Shown here piece after piece: positions 37,625 through 50,775 of a stretch of 57,082 nt of DNA; the stretch's first letter is position 1; each line of letters opens with the position of its first letter. A program made the position numbers and the translations under genes. The notes under the pieces are model-generated. The model had not been told where the DNA came from and made no database searches. It saw nothing but the letters and a program-made list of their open reading frames with translations. Source of the DNA: Prorocentrum cordatum (lineage: Eukaryota). The stretch lies in the NCBI GenBank assembly GCA_963575745.1, contig CAUYUJ010000047.1:62001-119082 (forward strand). Reading direction: 5' to 3'.

Positions 37625-38680
37625 GTCGGGAGCCTTGAGACGGGGGTCAATGCAAACGGGGGGTCAGCCAGAGCGCCGGATCTTGCAGGATCCTGCAGAG
37701 CCAAGGTCTCATTGACCGGGCTTGGAAGCAGGATCCTGCAGGATCTTGCAGGACCCAGACCCCCGACGTCATGTTTTTTTCCTCCTCCTCCTCCTCCTCC
37801 TCCTCCTCCTCGTCCGCTCCTCCTCCCTCGTCCCTCCTTCTCCTCCTCCTCCTCCTCCTCCTCCTCCTCCTCCTCCTCCTCCTGCTCCTCCTCCTGCTGC
37901 TGCTGCTCCTCCTGCTCCTCCTCCTCCTCCTCCTCCTCCTCCTCCTCCTCCTCCTCCTCCGCCTCCTCCTCCTCCTCCTCCTCCTGCTCCTCCTCCTCCT
38001 CCTCCCTCTCTTCCTCCTCCTCCTCCTCCTCCTCCTCCCTCCTCCTCCTCCTCCTCCTCCTCCTCCTCCTCGTCCTCGTCCTCCTCCTCCTCCTCCTCCT
38101 CCTCCTCCTCCTCCTCCTGCTCCTCCTGCTCCTCCAATCGCCCATTAATCGCCGATAGGGGCCCGATAGCCCCAACCTGCCCAGTAGGATGCGGATCCAC
38201 CATCGGAGGCCTATCGCCGATCTATCGGCGATGTATCGCCGATTCCAGGTCGATGCATCCCCCCTGTGCCAGTCCCCCCTATCGTCGCCCCTCATTGCGT
38301 AAGACCCTTTTTTGTTCGTCGCTCGCCTGGTTCCGGCGTGAGTCGCCCGCGGGTCGCTGCGCCGTCCCCATTCAGATATCCACGCCTCCGGAGAAGCACG
38401 CGGCGGCCGGGGCTTGGTTCTCCTCGAGTTCGGCGTCGGGGGGGGGGGGCGCGGGGGGGGGGGGGGGGCGTTTGTCGCGGCACCGGGGCCGCCCAACGAC
38501 GGCCCAGTCGGGAGCCTTGAGACGGGAGTCAATGCAAAACGGGGGTCAGCCAGAGCGCCCGATCTTGCAGGATCCTGCAGAGCCAAGGTCTCATTGACCG
38601 GGCTTGGGTGCAGGATCCTTCAGGATCTTTCACATGGACCCTGGCTTGGGTGCAGGACCTTGCAGGATTCTGCAAGACCT
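37625..38680. repeat. ~125-bp direct duplication (37625-37750 and 38507-38630) rich in CAGGATCCTG, flanking (CCT)n
   Basis: GTCGGGAGCCTTGAGACGGG...GCCAAGGTCTCATTGACCGGGCTTGG is present twice. Confidence 0.75.
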
Positions 38681-39133
38681 GACTGACCCGGGTCTGGATT
38701 GACCCAGGTCAGAAGGTCCCCGACCCAGGACCTCACGAGAGGCCGGCCCCAGGGAACTTGGGCCACGCGCAGAGGGAGCGTATCGGTACGATTGGATTGG
38801 GTACGGAAAGAGCTCGGGTTTGCCAGCGCTTTCTGGCGAGCGCGTCCTGGATGTTGACGGTCCAGTTTTCGTGGGCCGGGATGTCTGCAGCGGAAGTTCG
38901 CGTCAAATTCCAGATTGGGTCTCGTCATTTTCATGATGGCCCCGTGAGGCCAACCCATGTCCCCGAGCAGAGGGGGAGGGAGGAAGGTTTCTTAGAAGCA
39001 CCCCTGCTTCTCAGAAGGCGCGGGCCTTGTCTATAGGGCCAGCGGCGTTCGAAGAAGCAGCCTCCTTCCAAGAAGTCCTCCCCCTCCCCCTACCCCCCTC
39101 CCAGACCCCCGAAGTCACGAGTTCGTTCCCAAT

Positions 39134-40233
39134 GTCGACCCTCGACCCCTTCCTCTGGACCGGTCCTTCATCCTGAGTCGTTTCTGGCGGCCCCGAGGCC
39201 CGGTAAGGGCCCCCAGAGGCCGACGATAGCCAAAAGCTTCCCGTCGCGAGTTGTTCATGACTCCAGGGGGTCTGGGTCCTCCTCCTCCTCTTCTTCCTCC
39301 TCCTCTTCCTCCTCTTCCTCCTCCTCCTCCTCCTCCTCCTCCTCCTCCTCCTCCTCGTGATGTTCTCCCTCGTCGTGATTTCCTAACTAACAACCTTCCG
39401 TCGCGATTTTCTCACGACGCGAGGGTTTTTTAACGGTCCCGCGGCGCGCCGCCACGCACTGGTCGAGGCCCCCGCGGAGAGGGGGACCACGTCGCGAGCA
39501 CGCAGCGCAGCGCCGGAGGAGAAGGTCCGCTCTCAGAGGGAGGCGCCTGCGCGTGAGAGAGACCCTTCGCCGGAGGGGAGGGGCCTTTGGTGCGGGCACA
39601 CCCCGGGCCCCCTCGCGCTGTGAAAAAAACACGACGGGAGGAGGAGGAAGAGGAGGAGGAGGAGGAGGAGGCGGCGGAGGAGGCGGAGGAGGCGGAGGAG
39701 GAGGCGGAAGAGGAGGCGGAGGAGGGAGGAGGAGAGGAGGAGGAGGAGCGAGGCGGAGGCGGAGGCGGGAGGCGGAGGGAGGAGGCGGAGGGAGATGGAG
39801 GAGGCGGAGGAGGAGGCGGAGGAGGAGGAGGAGGCGGAGGGACGAGAAGGAGGAGGCGAAGGAGGAGGTGGATGCGGAAGGAGGACGAGGAGGAGGAGGC
39901 GGAGGAGGAAGAGGCGGCGGGGACGCGGAGAGACGAAGGAGGAGGCGGAGGAGGAGGCGGAGGAGGAGGCGGAGGAGGAGACAGAGGAGAGGAGGAGAGG
40001 AGGAGAGGAGGAGGAGGATGAGGAGGAGGAGGAAAGGAGGAGGAGGAGGAGGAGGAGGGGGAGGAAGAGGAGGACCCAGACCCCCTCGCGCCGTGAGAAA
40101 AAAACACGACCGGAGGGCTTTCGCAATTTTCGGCCTTCGGGGGGCCCCTAACGGGCCTCGGGACAGTCAAAAAACGGACTCAGAATGAAACACTGGTCTT
40201 GGGGAAGGGGTCCTCCAGATTTCTTGGGTCGAC
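39134..40233. mobile_element. Foldback/MITE element with ~100-bp TIRs
   Basis: CCCTTCC...TCATCCTGAGTCGTTT... is mirrored by ...GACTCAGAATGAAA...GGAAGGGG. Solo arms occur at ~19590, 32100, 37490, 46800 and 53150. Confidence 0.65.
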
Positions 40234-41911
40234 GCTGCGAAAAAAAAACACAATTTCTGGGGTCCCCCGATCGCCTCTTGTAGATCCGCCCCACTCTCCG
40301 GGCCCCCCGCCTCCCCGCTCGGCCCAGAAAAGGCCCAGACGCTCAAGGCATCGTTATGTGTTTTCTTGACGTCGCCCCCCCAGAGGTCTCCACATGAGGC
40401 GTTCGAAGAAGGGCCTTGCTTTCGAAAGAGTTGCTGTCTCTTCCTCGGCGGAAGGCGGCGATACTAAAACAAGGCCGGCTCCGCTGGCGGATCCAGAATC
40501 GGTCACATGTCTCGACCCCCTACCACATGACCAGCTCTTTCTTCTGCGTCTTCTTTTTGACGGCCCCAAGCCCTATGTGGGGCCCCCCCGGAGGCCGAAA
40601 GCAGCGAGACGCCTCCCGTCGCGATCTGTTCTTGGCCCGAGGGGTCTAGGCCCAGGCCTCCTGGCAGGGTTCAGGGGAGACGGGGTCGGGGGATCGCGCG
40701 GATTCGAGGACGAGGAGAGGGAGAGTAAGGGAAGTAGTGAGGGAGCAGCCCGCCTCTAGGAGGACGCCAGAGGTCTGCGCGGAGGCTTCGAGAGGGAGAG
40801 TTCCCAGCGAGGTAAGAGAGGAGGAGGAGGAGGAGGAGAGGAGGAGGAGGAGGAGGAGGAGGAGGAGGAGGAGGAGGAGGAGGAGGAGGAGGAGGAGGAG
40901 GAGGAGGAGAGGAGGAGGAGAGGGAGGGGGAGGAGGAGGAGGAGAGGAGGGAATGGAGAGGAAAAGGAGGAGGAGGAGGAGGAGGAAAAGGAAAAGTAGG
41001 AGGAAGCTGGAGGAGGCTAGAGGAGGAGCAGGAGTAAGAGCTGGCGGAGGAGCCCTGGGCGGGGGAGCCAAGAGGAGGGTAGCCACGAAGCTGCGAAGCT
41101 CAGCGGAGGACGGGCGTAGCGGCAGACGAGCGGCAAGAGATGGCCCAGGCCGCGGTTCCAGCCACCACGGTGCTGGAGGAGGGCGCGACGCCGAGGAAGC
41201 GGCCAGGGCCTCGTGCCCCCTATCGTCCCTCCTCCTCGTCCTCCTCCTTCTCCTCCTCCTCCTCCTCCTCCTCCTCCTGCTCCTCCTCCTCCTGCTCCTC
41301 CTCCTCCTCCTCCTCCTCCTCCTCCTCCTCCCCCTCCTCCTCCCCCTCATCCTCCCCCTTCGCCTCTGCCCCCTCGAGGTTCCAGCACACAGGAGCAAAG
41401 TGGTGACAGCGGCCTGCCATCTTGGGGGGGGGTCCTCCAGGGATCTCTGGCGGCGCCGGGCCTCCTCGAGGTCCGATGGTCGAGGATCACAGTGCTGATG
41501 GTCGTTTGCTCTTTCGGGCTGGGGTGGCGGAGGGGTCCTCCAGGGACGAAGGAGGAGGAGGAGGAGGAGGAGGAGGAGGAGGAGGAGGAGGCGAGGGGGA
41601 GGGGAAGGGGGAGGGGGAGGAGGAGGAGGAGGAGGCGAGGAGGAGGAGGAGGAGGAGGGGGAGGAGGAGGAGGAGAAGGAGGAGGACCTCTTGGAGGCTT
41701 CAGGGAACTCTTGGGGACATCCGGAGATCGCTCAGGACCCCGCCAGCGTCTTGCTCTATGCTCCTCTGCCTCGTCATCGTCGCTCTCGCCCTCCACTTCC
41801 TCATCCCCGTTCTCTTCTGTCCCGCCGCAACTTTTGGCGAAGTCTGGCGTATCTCCTCCCGCCTATCCTTCCTCCTGGTCCTTCTCCTCCTCCTCCTTCT
41901 GCTCTTCCTCC

Positions 41912-41930
41912 TACTACTCTTATTACTATA

Positions 41931-41964
<34 letters not shown>

Positions 41965-41972
41965 ATACTACA

Positions 41973-42030
<58 letters not shown>

Positions 42031-42100
42031 TAACTACTACTACTAATACTACTACACTACTACGACTACGACTACGACTACGACTACGACTACGACTACG

Positions 42101-42137
<37 letters not shown>

Positions 42138-42350
42138 ATTCTAACTTTCTCTACTACTATTCTTACGTCTACTACTACTACTAACCAACACTTACTACTA
42201 CTATCTTACTTCTACTAAGTTATTTTCTTACTACTACTACTACTACTACTTCTACTGCTACTTACTAAATATATACTTACTACTAACTACGAACTTAATA
42301 CGACTAGACTACGACGACGACGACGGCGTACTACTACTACTTTTACTTAC
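41912..42350. repeat. (CTA)n microsatellite
   Basis: Directly visible. Confidence 0.95.
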
Positions 42351-42599
42351 TTACTTAATCCAGGGTCAACACGCGGCTGCCTACTAGTCCCACTCCTCCT
42401 CTCCGTCCTCCTCCTCCTGCTCCTGCTCCTCTCCCTCCCCCTCCTCCTCATGCTCCTCCTCCTCCTCTTCCTCCTCTTCCTCCTCCTCCTTCTTCTTCTC
42501 TTCCTCCTTCTCCATCCCGTTCCCTTATAGATAACTCAGCCCTGTCGCACCCCCAGATGTGCCAGTATAGGGCGGGCCAGGCGTTTTGCTTGAGACTTC

Positions 42600-43120
42600 C
42601 TCACCCCTTATGATCCTGAATGTGCGACCTGTGGCAGACGCTGAAGCAGTGGAGCCTAGGCCCCTTGGAGAGCGAGCGCGTCCTGGTTTGCAAAAGGACA
42701 ACGAAGACGCTGCCCAAGCGGATCGCACCTCGAATCCGCGCTGCCGTCCTCTGCACCTGGCTGAACGGGTGGTGCACGGCTCGACGTTTTGGCTCACGCG
42801 GGCACGCCTGCCGGCTGGGGTGCGCCGCAGGCGAGGACTGCCTCCGCCATGATGTACGCTGCCCAGTCCTGTGGGAGTTCGGTTCACGCCATCTCGGCCC
42901 GCATGACTTGGGGAACCCTGACGGGCGCACGCAGGCAACCCTGCTGTGGGAGACGGGGTGCTCGCAAGAACGCTTCGTGCAGTTGGCGACGCTCGTGGCC
43001 GTCGCCTACCAGACGCACAGCATGCTTCGGCATCGCCGCGGGGACCCGCTTCAGGCCTGGCAGCGACACGTCCAGGTGTTGCGGGAGATGCGCGTGCAGA
43101 CGGTGGCGAGCGTACGATGA
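42600..43120 (+). mobile_element. 5'-truncated LINE 3' end (zinc-knuckle region)
   Basis: TWLNGWCTARRF...CRLGC...EDCLRHDVRCPVLW follows the same pattern as the C-terminus of the LINE at ~31243-31370. Confidence 0.75.
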
Positions 43121-45620
43121 ACACAAGGCTGGGTTCTTGTTTATGAATTTGGCACCCGTCGCCCCCCCCCCTTCCCCTCCTGTGCTTCCCCTTCCTTCCC
43201 CTCCTCTCCTTCCCCTCCCCCCTTCCCCTTCCATGCTGGGGTTGTTATGACCTTCCCCTCCTCTCCTTCACCATCCCCCTACCATTAGGCCCCATCGTTG
43301 CCAGACCTCCGCAGGTCCCTCCAGCTCGGCCTTCTGGGCGACCTCCTGCGGTCCGTTGCCCGGTTGGCTTGGCGGCACTCGGGAACGTTTCATTTGTTGC
43401 GTGCCACTTGGAGGTCTCAAGGGCGTCATTTGCTTATAACAGTGGTCTGATTTGCATTGTTTCACTCGTCGCACTGATCGGGGTCGTGCGCGTTTCGCGT
43501 CTCCTTTCCCTCCTCCTCCTTCGTCACCTCCTTCCTCTCTCCCCTTCATTCTCTGTTGGCTATCCCTGCGCAACGAAAACCGGTGCTAGGAGCCCGCGCC
43601 TTTCGCACCCGCATCGTTTCCCCAGTCCTGGATTTTTGTTTCGGGCCTGGCGGGTTGCGTGAATCTGCGTGCGATCGGCTGCTCTTGAGTGGCGGATGCT
43701 ACGCGGTACTCGAGTCCGGGGCTGTTGCAAGATTTTGTTGTCACTGTCTTGCGGTCGACGTCGTGCGGGGTGTGCGCTCAGGCTAGCCCTCTTGAGGGGT
43801 AGCGGATTTCTTCCTTCCTCTCCCCTGCCTCGCTGCCGCTGGGAAGAAATAGCTTCAAGGGTGGATGGCAGCACTTGTTCAACACGTGGCCCTTGCTGTA
43901 GCGTCACGCGCATGCATGTCAAAAGTGTGCAACAGGTTCAAGATGGAGGGCAGGTCGACTGTTTAACGTGGCGCTCCCTGCAGCGCCGCGCACATTCGTT
44001 TTTCAAGTTTGGAACAGCTTCAAGGACGGAGGGCCGTTCGGTTTGAAGATGTGGCTCTCGCTTTGGCGCCGCGCAAGTTATTTCAACGTGATGCAGTTTC
44101 ATGGAGTCGTGTGGCTCAAGTCCCAGGAACGCTGTTCCAGCACGATCCAGGACTGTCAGGACGCAACAGTTGCGTTGATTCGCGGTGTTGCAGTCCCAGG
44201 ACTAGCGTTCTGGGACGATTCTGGACGGTCAGGGCGCAACAGTCGTGTTGATTCGCGGCGTTGAAATCCTAGGAATTGTGTTTCGGCACGGCCGAAGATT
44301 CTCGAGCTGTTGTCTTCCAACTGGGCACGTTCAGCAATGAAACAAACAACGCAAGGACCGATAAAGAGGGAATGTGGAGGGAGGGTGTATGACAACATTG
44401 TTGATGCGCCGTGGGTTTACATTGGTCCTCCGCCTCCTCCTCCTCCTCCTCAGACCTCCTCCTCCTCCTCCTCCTCCTCCTCCTCCTCTCCCTTGTGCTC
44501 CTCCTCTTCCTCCTCCTCCTCCTCCTCCTCCTCCTCCTCCTCCTCCTCCTCCTCCTCCTCCTCCTCCTCCTCCTCCTCCTCCTCTCCCTTATCCTCCGTG
44601 CCGGGCGACTGCCAGGGAGACCCAGGCTTCGGCGAAGCGAATGAGGCGCGTAGTTACAGGGCTGTTCGCGTGTGGCATGTTGATCACGGTTCTGCGCTGG
44701 TTCGTGTGCTACCGTTTGTTTAGATTGGTGTGGTATGGTGTTGTGCCTATGCTTACTTCGGACACGCACGCTCAAGTCGCCATCGCATGGCACTCCCTGG
44801 CACGGCCGTGGGAGCCTGGCACATGTGGCGCACGCAAGGGAAAGCAAAAGCACGGCGGCGTCGCGAGTCTGCCGGCCCCGGCGTGGGAGCCGCCTCGCGG
44901 GGGAGATGCCCCGTCTTCTCACTCGGCGTGCACCCCATCAGAGGCCGCTGGGCAAGATATCCTGGCGATGGGCCCACAGGACGTGTGAGGGGCGTGCTGG
45001 TGTCGATCACGGCAAAGATGAGGATGCCGACGATAACGACGATGCTGGTGATGATGACACACGGAAGGCAGAGGCAGGGATGGGAGGAGGGAGGAGGTTC
45101 AGCGGGAGGGAAGACAGGAGAAGCGGGGCGCCGTCTCTTCAGAACGAGGACCCAACACCACAGGACGGCTGGGAAGAAGAGAAAAAGACGTTGCTTCAGG
45201 TCCCCACGGTCTCCCCTTGCATTTCAGCCGCAGCTGGGGGAGCTGCGATCCTTACCCCTTTGGGGGCCCTTCGTCTTCGACGCGAGGGTGCAAAAAGCTC
45301 AAGGGTACAAAAAACCGAGGGTATGGAAAAAAACGGGAGTCTGACACTACCTCGGGGGTAAAACACATGTTTTTGTTCTTGACAAACAACAAAAAACCAA
45401 AAACGTCTGGGCTGGTATATACCCTCGTTGCTGTGTAGCGTCGGGTGTTTGTTTGATTCCTTCGGTTTCCCCCATCGATGGATCGAAAATACCTCGCGTT
45501 GGTTGTACACCCTTGTGGTTTCATTACATCGGTTGTTTAGTCCTTCGGTTTTGTATATCGCCTCGAGAAATGGGAATCATGTTTTTTTCTTATATCCTCG
45601 GGTTCTTTATATTGTCGGCT

Positions 45621-46563
45621 TTCCCCAACCATCCTGTGGTGTTGGGTCCTCGGTTTGAAGAGACTGCGCCTCGCGTTCTCTTTCGTCCTTCCTCCTCCCC
45701 CTCCTCCCTTCTCCCATCATCACCATCATCAGCATCATCATCATCATCCTCATCAGCATCATCATCATCGTCATCGTCATCGTCAGCGTCATCATCGTCA
45801 TCATCGTCCACGTCATCATCATCACCAGCATCATCGTCGTCATCAGCAGACTCATCATCATGGCTGTCATCATCACCATCATCGTCATCACCGCCGTCAT
45901 GGTCACCATCATCGCCGTCAGCTTCGGCGTGCTGCTTACACGCTTCGTGGCTCCATAGGGAGCTCCAGTTAAGGTCCCAGTGGCACCGTCCGCATGTGGG
46001 CGTCAGCCCCGTTTCGACACACCCCTCACACGCTTCGTGGCTCCACAGGGAGCTCCAGCTGAGGCCCCAGTGGCACCGTCCGCATGTGGGCGTCACCCCC
46101 GATTCGGCACACCCCTCACACGTTTCGTGGCCCCAAAGGGAGCTCCAGCTGAGGCCTCAGTGGCACCGTCCGCATGCGTCCGCCACGCCCATTTCGGCAC
46201 ACCCCTAATTCGTTCCGTGGCCCCAAAGGGAGCTCCACCGAAGGCCTCAGTGGCCGGGCCCGCATGCGTCGCACCACACAGTCCTGCACCCTCACACGCT
46301 GTGTGGCCCCTCAGGGAGCTCCACCGAAGCCCCGGGGCTCGCTCGCACGCAGAATCATTAACAATCAGACTCACTCGCGCTCAGACTCACCCGCGCTCGG
46401 TCTCTCGTACTCAGACCTGTCGGCTTCGTTCGCGCTGTGTACCCCGCCACGCATGTCGGCACACACCTCACATGTTTCGTGGCCTCATGGGGAGCGCCAC
46501 CGAAGACTATCTTCAGAACTGCGGTACTCACAGCTGCATATGGTTGGGTCCTTCGCCAGGCTA
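45621..46563 (+). mobile_element. Helentron/DINE-like element (CCCAACCA family) with 89-bp satellite and (CAT)n
   Basis: 5' CCCAACCATCCTGTGGTGTTGGG; 3' TGGTTGGG followed by hairpin CCT-TCGCC-AGG. Inverted homologues lie at 47783-52040. Confidence 0.65.
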
Positions 46564-46907
46564 ATTGTTATAACCTCGGGTCTTTAACCCCCTCGAGAGA
46601 TCGCCGACACGACGAGCTCTCCCAACGGGGGGGGCAAGGAAGCACAGCTCCCCGGCTGTGGCTGGCCGGCTCCTCCCAGAGGCCAGGATCCGGCTTTTTC
46701 CATCGCGTCGCACCGCCAGCGGCACGAAAGCTCTCTGACCTATCCCAGGTCCCCTCGCCCTGCAAAACAAAAACAAGACTGGAGGTTTTGCGCTGTCTTC
46801 GGCCTCCAGGGGCCCATGGGGGGCCTCGGGGCCGTCAAATAATTATTCAGGATGAGAAAACGGTCCTGGGCAAGCGGTCCAGACCTTTTGGGGTCTTTAA
46901 TTATATA

Positions 46908-46944
<37 letters not shown>

Positions 46945-49382
46945 GCATATACACATAGTCGCCAGGGGTGGGCCTAGGTCTCTGAGCTGTCATGAGGGCA
47001 CCTTGGCGCCTGGTGGCAAGCATCTGGACGCTTGCGGCTTCTTACATGTGCAGCCCAGAGCCGTGTGGTTTCACCATGGTTGGCTCCACGAGTTTACGCT
47101 CCAGCTGGCGTTCATCCGTAGTCGTTGTTTCACCGTCCCGGGGCCGGGGACAGGCCTCCAGAGTCCATGGTCCTCAGGACGCGTTGCAGCCGCGTGTGTG
47201 TTTATCCAGTTCAGCTCCAGGGAGAGCAAGCAGCCTGTCCTGGCGCGATCACACGTTTGCACTAACACACGTTCGAGGATCATCGACGGAGGCAGAAGAC
47301 GTCGAAAAGACAGCCGCCACGATTTTGCTGGCCTCGCTGAACCACGGACCCCTCGCGGCATCAGGGGCAACTTTAGGGGGGGATCGGCTGAGGGGGCCAT
47401 GCATCGACCCCCTTCATCGCCACCTGGTCGCCGGTGGCGGGCCTGATGGCCCTCCCCCCCACGAGCGTGGAGGAAGAGGAGGAGGAGGAGGAGCAGGAGG
47501 AGGAGGAGGAGGAGGAGGTTTTGTTTTTCGTTTGGGCCTGGAGGGGACCGTCCCCCCCTCGTCGTTCCCCCGCGGGCCCACCCACCCCCCCGCGACATCG
47601 TCATCCTGCGCGAGAGGCCCCGACCGCCTCCCTGCCGGGCTTTTTTTTCCCCGCCGCCCCGGAATCCGCTTCTGAGGCACCCCTGGGGCCTGATAGCGGG
47701 CCCTCAGTGGCCGAAGTCGAGGAGAGATTTAAGTCGCGCGCGTCCTTCTACAGGAGGAATCTTCAAAAATAACAAAAAAATAATATCCAGGCAAAGGACC
47801 CAACCATACGCGAATGTGAGAACCGCAGGACGAAGCAAGGGGAATCCCCAATGGGGACGCGAACCGTGTGAGGGGTCCGCCAAATTTGGGCGGGGCCGCC
47901 ATGCGAACCCTGCCACTGGGGCCTTCGGTGGAGCCCCCTATGAGGCCACGAACCGTGTGAGGGGTCCGCCAAAATGGAGCGGGGCCGCCATGCGAACCTT
48001 GCCACTGAGGCCTTCGGTGGAAATCCCTGTGGGGCCACGAACCGCGTGAGGGGTGCGCCACACTGGGGCTGGACCGCCATGCGAACCCTGCCACTAAAGC
48101 CTTTGGTGGAGCTCCCTATGGGGCCGCAAATCGTGTGAGGGATGCGCCAGAATGGCGCGGGGCCGCCATGCGAACCTTGCTACTGGGGCCTTCGGTGGAG
48201 CTCCCGATGGGGCCACGAACCGTTTGAGGGGTGCGCCAAAATGGAACGGTTCCTCCATGCGAACCCTGCCACTGTGGCCTTCGGTGGAGCTCACTTTGGG
48301 ACTGCGAACCGTGTGAGGGGTGCGCCAAAATTGAGCGGGGCCGCAACGCGAACCCTGCCACTAAAGCCTTTGGTGGAGCTCCCGATGGGGCCACGAACCG
48401 TGTGAGAGGTGCGCCAAAAGGACGCTGGGCCGCCATGCGAACCCTGCCACTGGGGCCTTCGGTGGAGCTCCCTGTGGGGCCACGAACCGTGTGAGGGGTG
48501 CGCCAAGATGGCGCGGGGCCGCCATGCGAACCCTGCCACTGGGGCCTTCGGTGGAGCTCCCTATGGGGCCACGAAACGCTGTGCTGGGTGGGTGAAACGC
48601 AGGGAGGAGGGGGAGGAGGGCGGAGGGGGAGGAGGAAGGAGGAAGGGGGGAGGAGGGACGCGGGGACCGTTTCTTCAAAACGAGGACTCAACACCACAGG
48701 ACGGTTGGGAATTATCTTGGAGAAGGACCCAACCAGATGCAGTTGTGAGTAACGCGTTGTGGGTGCCGCTTTCGGTGGAGCTCCATAGGTGTCCACGAAA
48801 CGCGTGGGCAACGTGCCGTAATGGGTGAGGGAGACGCATGAGGGCGGTGGGGCCTTCGGTGGGGCTCCCTATGGGCACCGAAACGCTGTACTGGGTGTGG
48901 CTGACGCGTGTGGGCGGTGCCCCTCGCTGGAGCTCCCGATGAGGCCACGAAACGTTGTATGTACGTGTTGGGGGAAACGCATGCGGGCGGTGCCGCTGAG
49001 GTTTTCCTGTGGAGCCCCCCACGGGGCCACGAAACGTTGTACTGGGCGGTGGCCGACGCATGCGGGCGGTGCCATAGGGACATTCGGTGGAGCTTCCTGT
49101 GGGGCCACGGGAGGTGGGACGCATGCGGGCGGTACCACTGGGGCCTTCGGTGGAGCTACCTATTGGCCAACGAAACGCTGTATTGGGTGGGGGGTCGCAT
49201 GTGGGCGGGCCACTGGGTCCCCCTACGGGGCCACGAAGCGCTGTACTGGGTGGGGGGGGCGCATGCGGGCGGTGCCACTGGGTTTTTCCCAACCCTCCGT
49301 GTGTTGGGTATTCGTTTTGAAAAGAGAACTGTGGTATCCACCTTCCGCCCGCTCTTCCTTCTTCTCTCCTGTGTTCGCGGTG

Positions 49383-49850
49383 CCCTGCGGGGCTGCGATC
49401 TGCGCAACTGTCGCCACTTTCGTGGGTTCCTGGGAGGCCCAGCGGAGGTACGTCATACGCAGATCATTTTGAGGCCTCCCTGTCCCCTGCGGGGCTGCGA
49501 TCTGCGCAACTGTCGCCACTTTCGTGGGTTCTTGGGGGGCCCAGCGGAGGTACGTCATACGCAGATCACTTTGGGGCCTCCCTGTCCCCTGCGGGACTGC
49601 GATCTGCGCAACTGTCGCCACGTTCCCGGGTTCCTGGGAGGCCCAGCGGAGGTACGTCATACGCAGATCATTTTGAAGCCTCCTTGTCCCCTGCGGGACT
49701 GCGATCTGCGCAACTGTCGCCACTTTCGCGGGTTCCTGGGAGGCCCAGCGGAGGTACGTCATACGCAGATCACTTTGAGGCCTCCTTTCCTGGGAGTCCC
49801 AGCGGAGGTACGTCTTACGCAGACCACTTTGAAGCCTCCCTGTCCCCTTG
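49383..49850. repeat. 102-bp tandem repeat
   Basis: About 4.5 units; 34-aa periodicity in ORF 48908. Confidence 0.9.
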
Positions 49851-50775
49851 GCGCACCTGGCGCGCACCTGGCGCGCTGGGCGCACCTGACGCACCTGACG
49901 CGCTGGGCGCACCTGGCGCGCACCCGGCGCACCTGGCGCACCTGGCGCACCTGGCGCACCTGGCGCACCTGGCGCACCTGGCGCGCACCTGGCGCGCACC
50001 TGGCGCCCACCTGGCGCGCACCTGGCGCGCACCTGGCGCGCACCTGGCGCGCTGGGCGCACCTGACGCACCTGACGCGCTGGGCGCGCACCTGGCGCACC
50101 TGGCGCACCTGGCGAACCTTGCGCATCTGGCGCACCTGGCGCACCTGCCACACCTGGCGCACCTGGCGCACCTGGCGCACCTGGCGCGCACCCGGCGCAC
50201 CTGGCGCACACCTGGCGCACACCTGGCGCACCTGGCTCCTTCGGCGCGCCTGGCGCACCTGGCGCACCTGGCGCGCCTGGCGCGCCTGGCTCGCACCTGG
50301 CGCATACCTGTCGCACCTGGCGCACCTTGCGCATCTGGCGCACCTGGGGCACCTGGCACACCTGGCGCACCAGGCGCACCTGGCGCACCTGGCGCCTGGC
50401 GCGCTAGGCGCACCTGGCGCACACCTGGCGCACACCTGGCGCACCTGGCTCACTTGGCGCGGCTGTCGCACCTGGCGCGCCTGGCGCGCCTGGCGCACCT
50501 GGCGCACCTGGCGCGCCTGGCGCACCTGGCGTACCTGGCGCATCTGGCGCACCTGGCGCACCTGGCGCGCTGGGCGCACCTGGCGCACCTGGCACACCGG
50601 GCGCACACCTGGCGCACACCTGGCGAACACTTGGCGCACCTGGCGCGCCTGGCGCATCTGGCGCACCTGGCGCGCCTGGCGCGCCTGGCGCACCTGGCGC
50701 ACGTGGCGCACCTGGCGCACCTGGCGCACCTGGCGAACCTGGCGCGCCTGGCGCGCCTGGCGCACCTGGCGCGCA
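49848..50775. repeat. 9-bp minisatellite (CCTGGCGCA)n
   Basis: Directly visible. Confidence 0.95.

Noticed and set aside
43550..44420. Unique segment with an RT-like DSDNKIL word on the minus strand
   Set aside because: No neighbouring RT motifs and many stops.
46960..47450. Unique segment, possible LINE C-terminal remnant (minus strand)
   Set aside because: The Cys/His pattern is too degraded to call.
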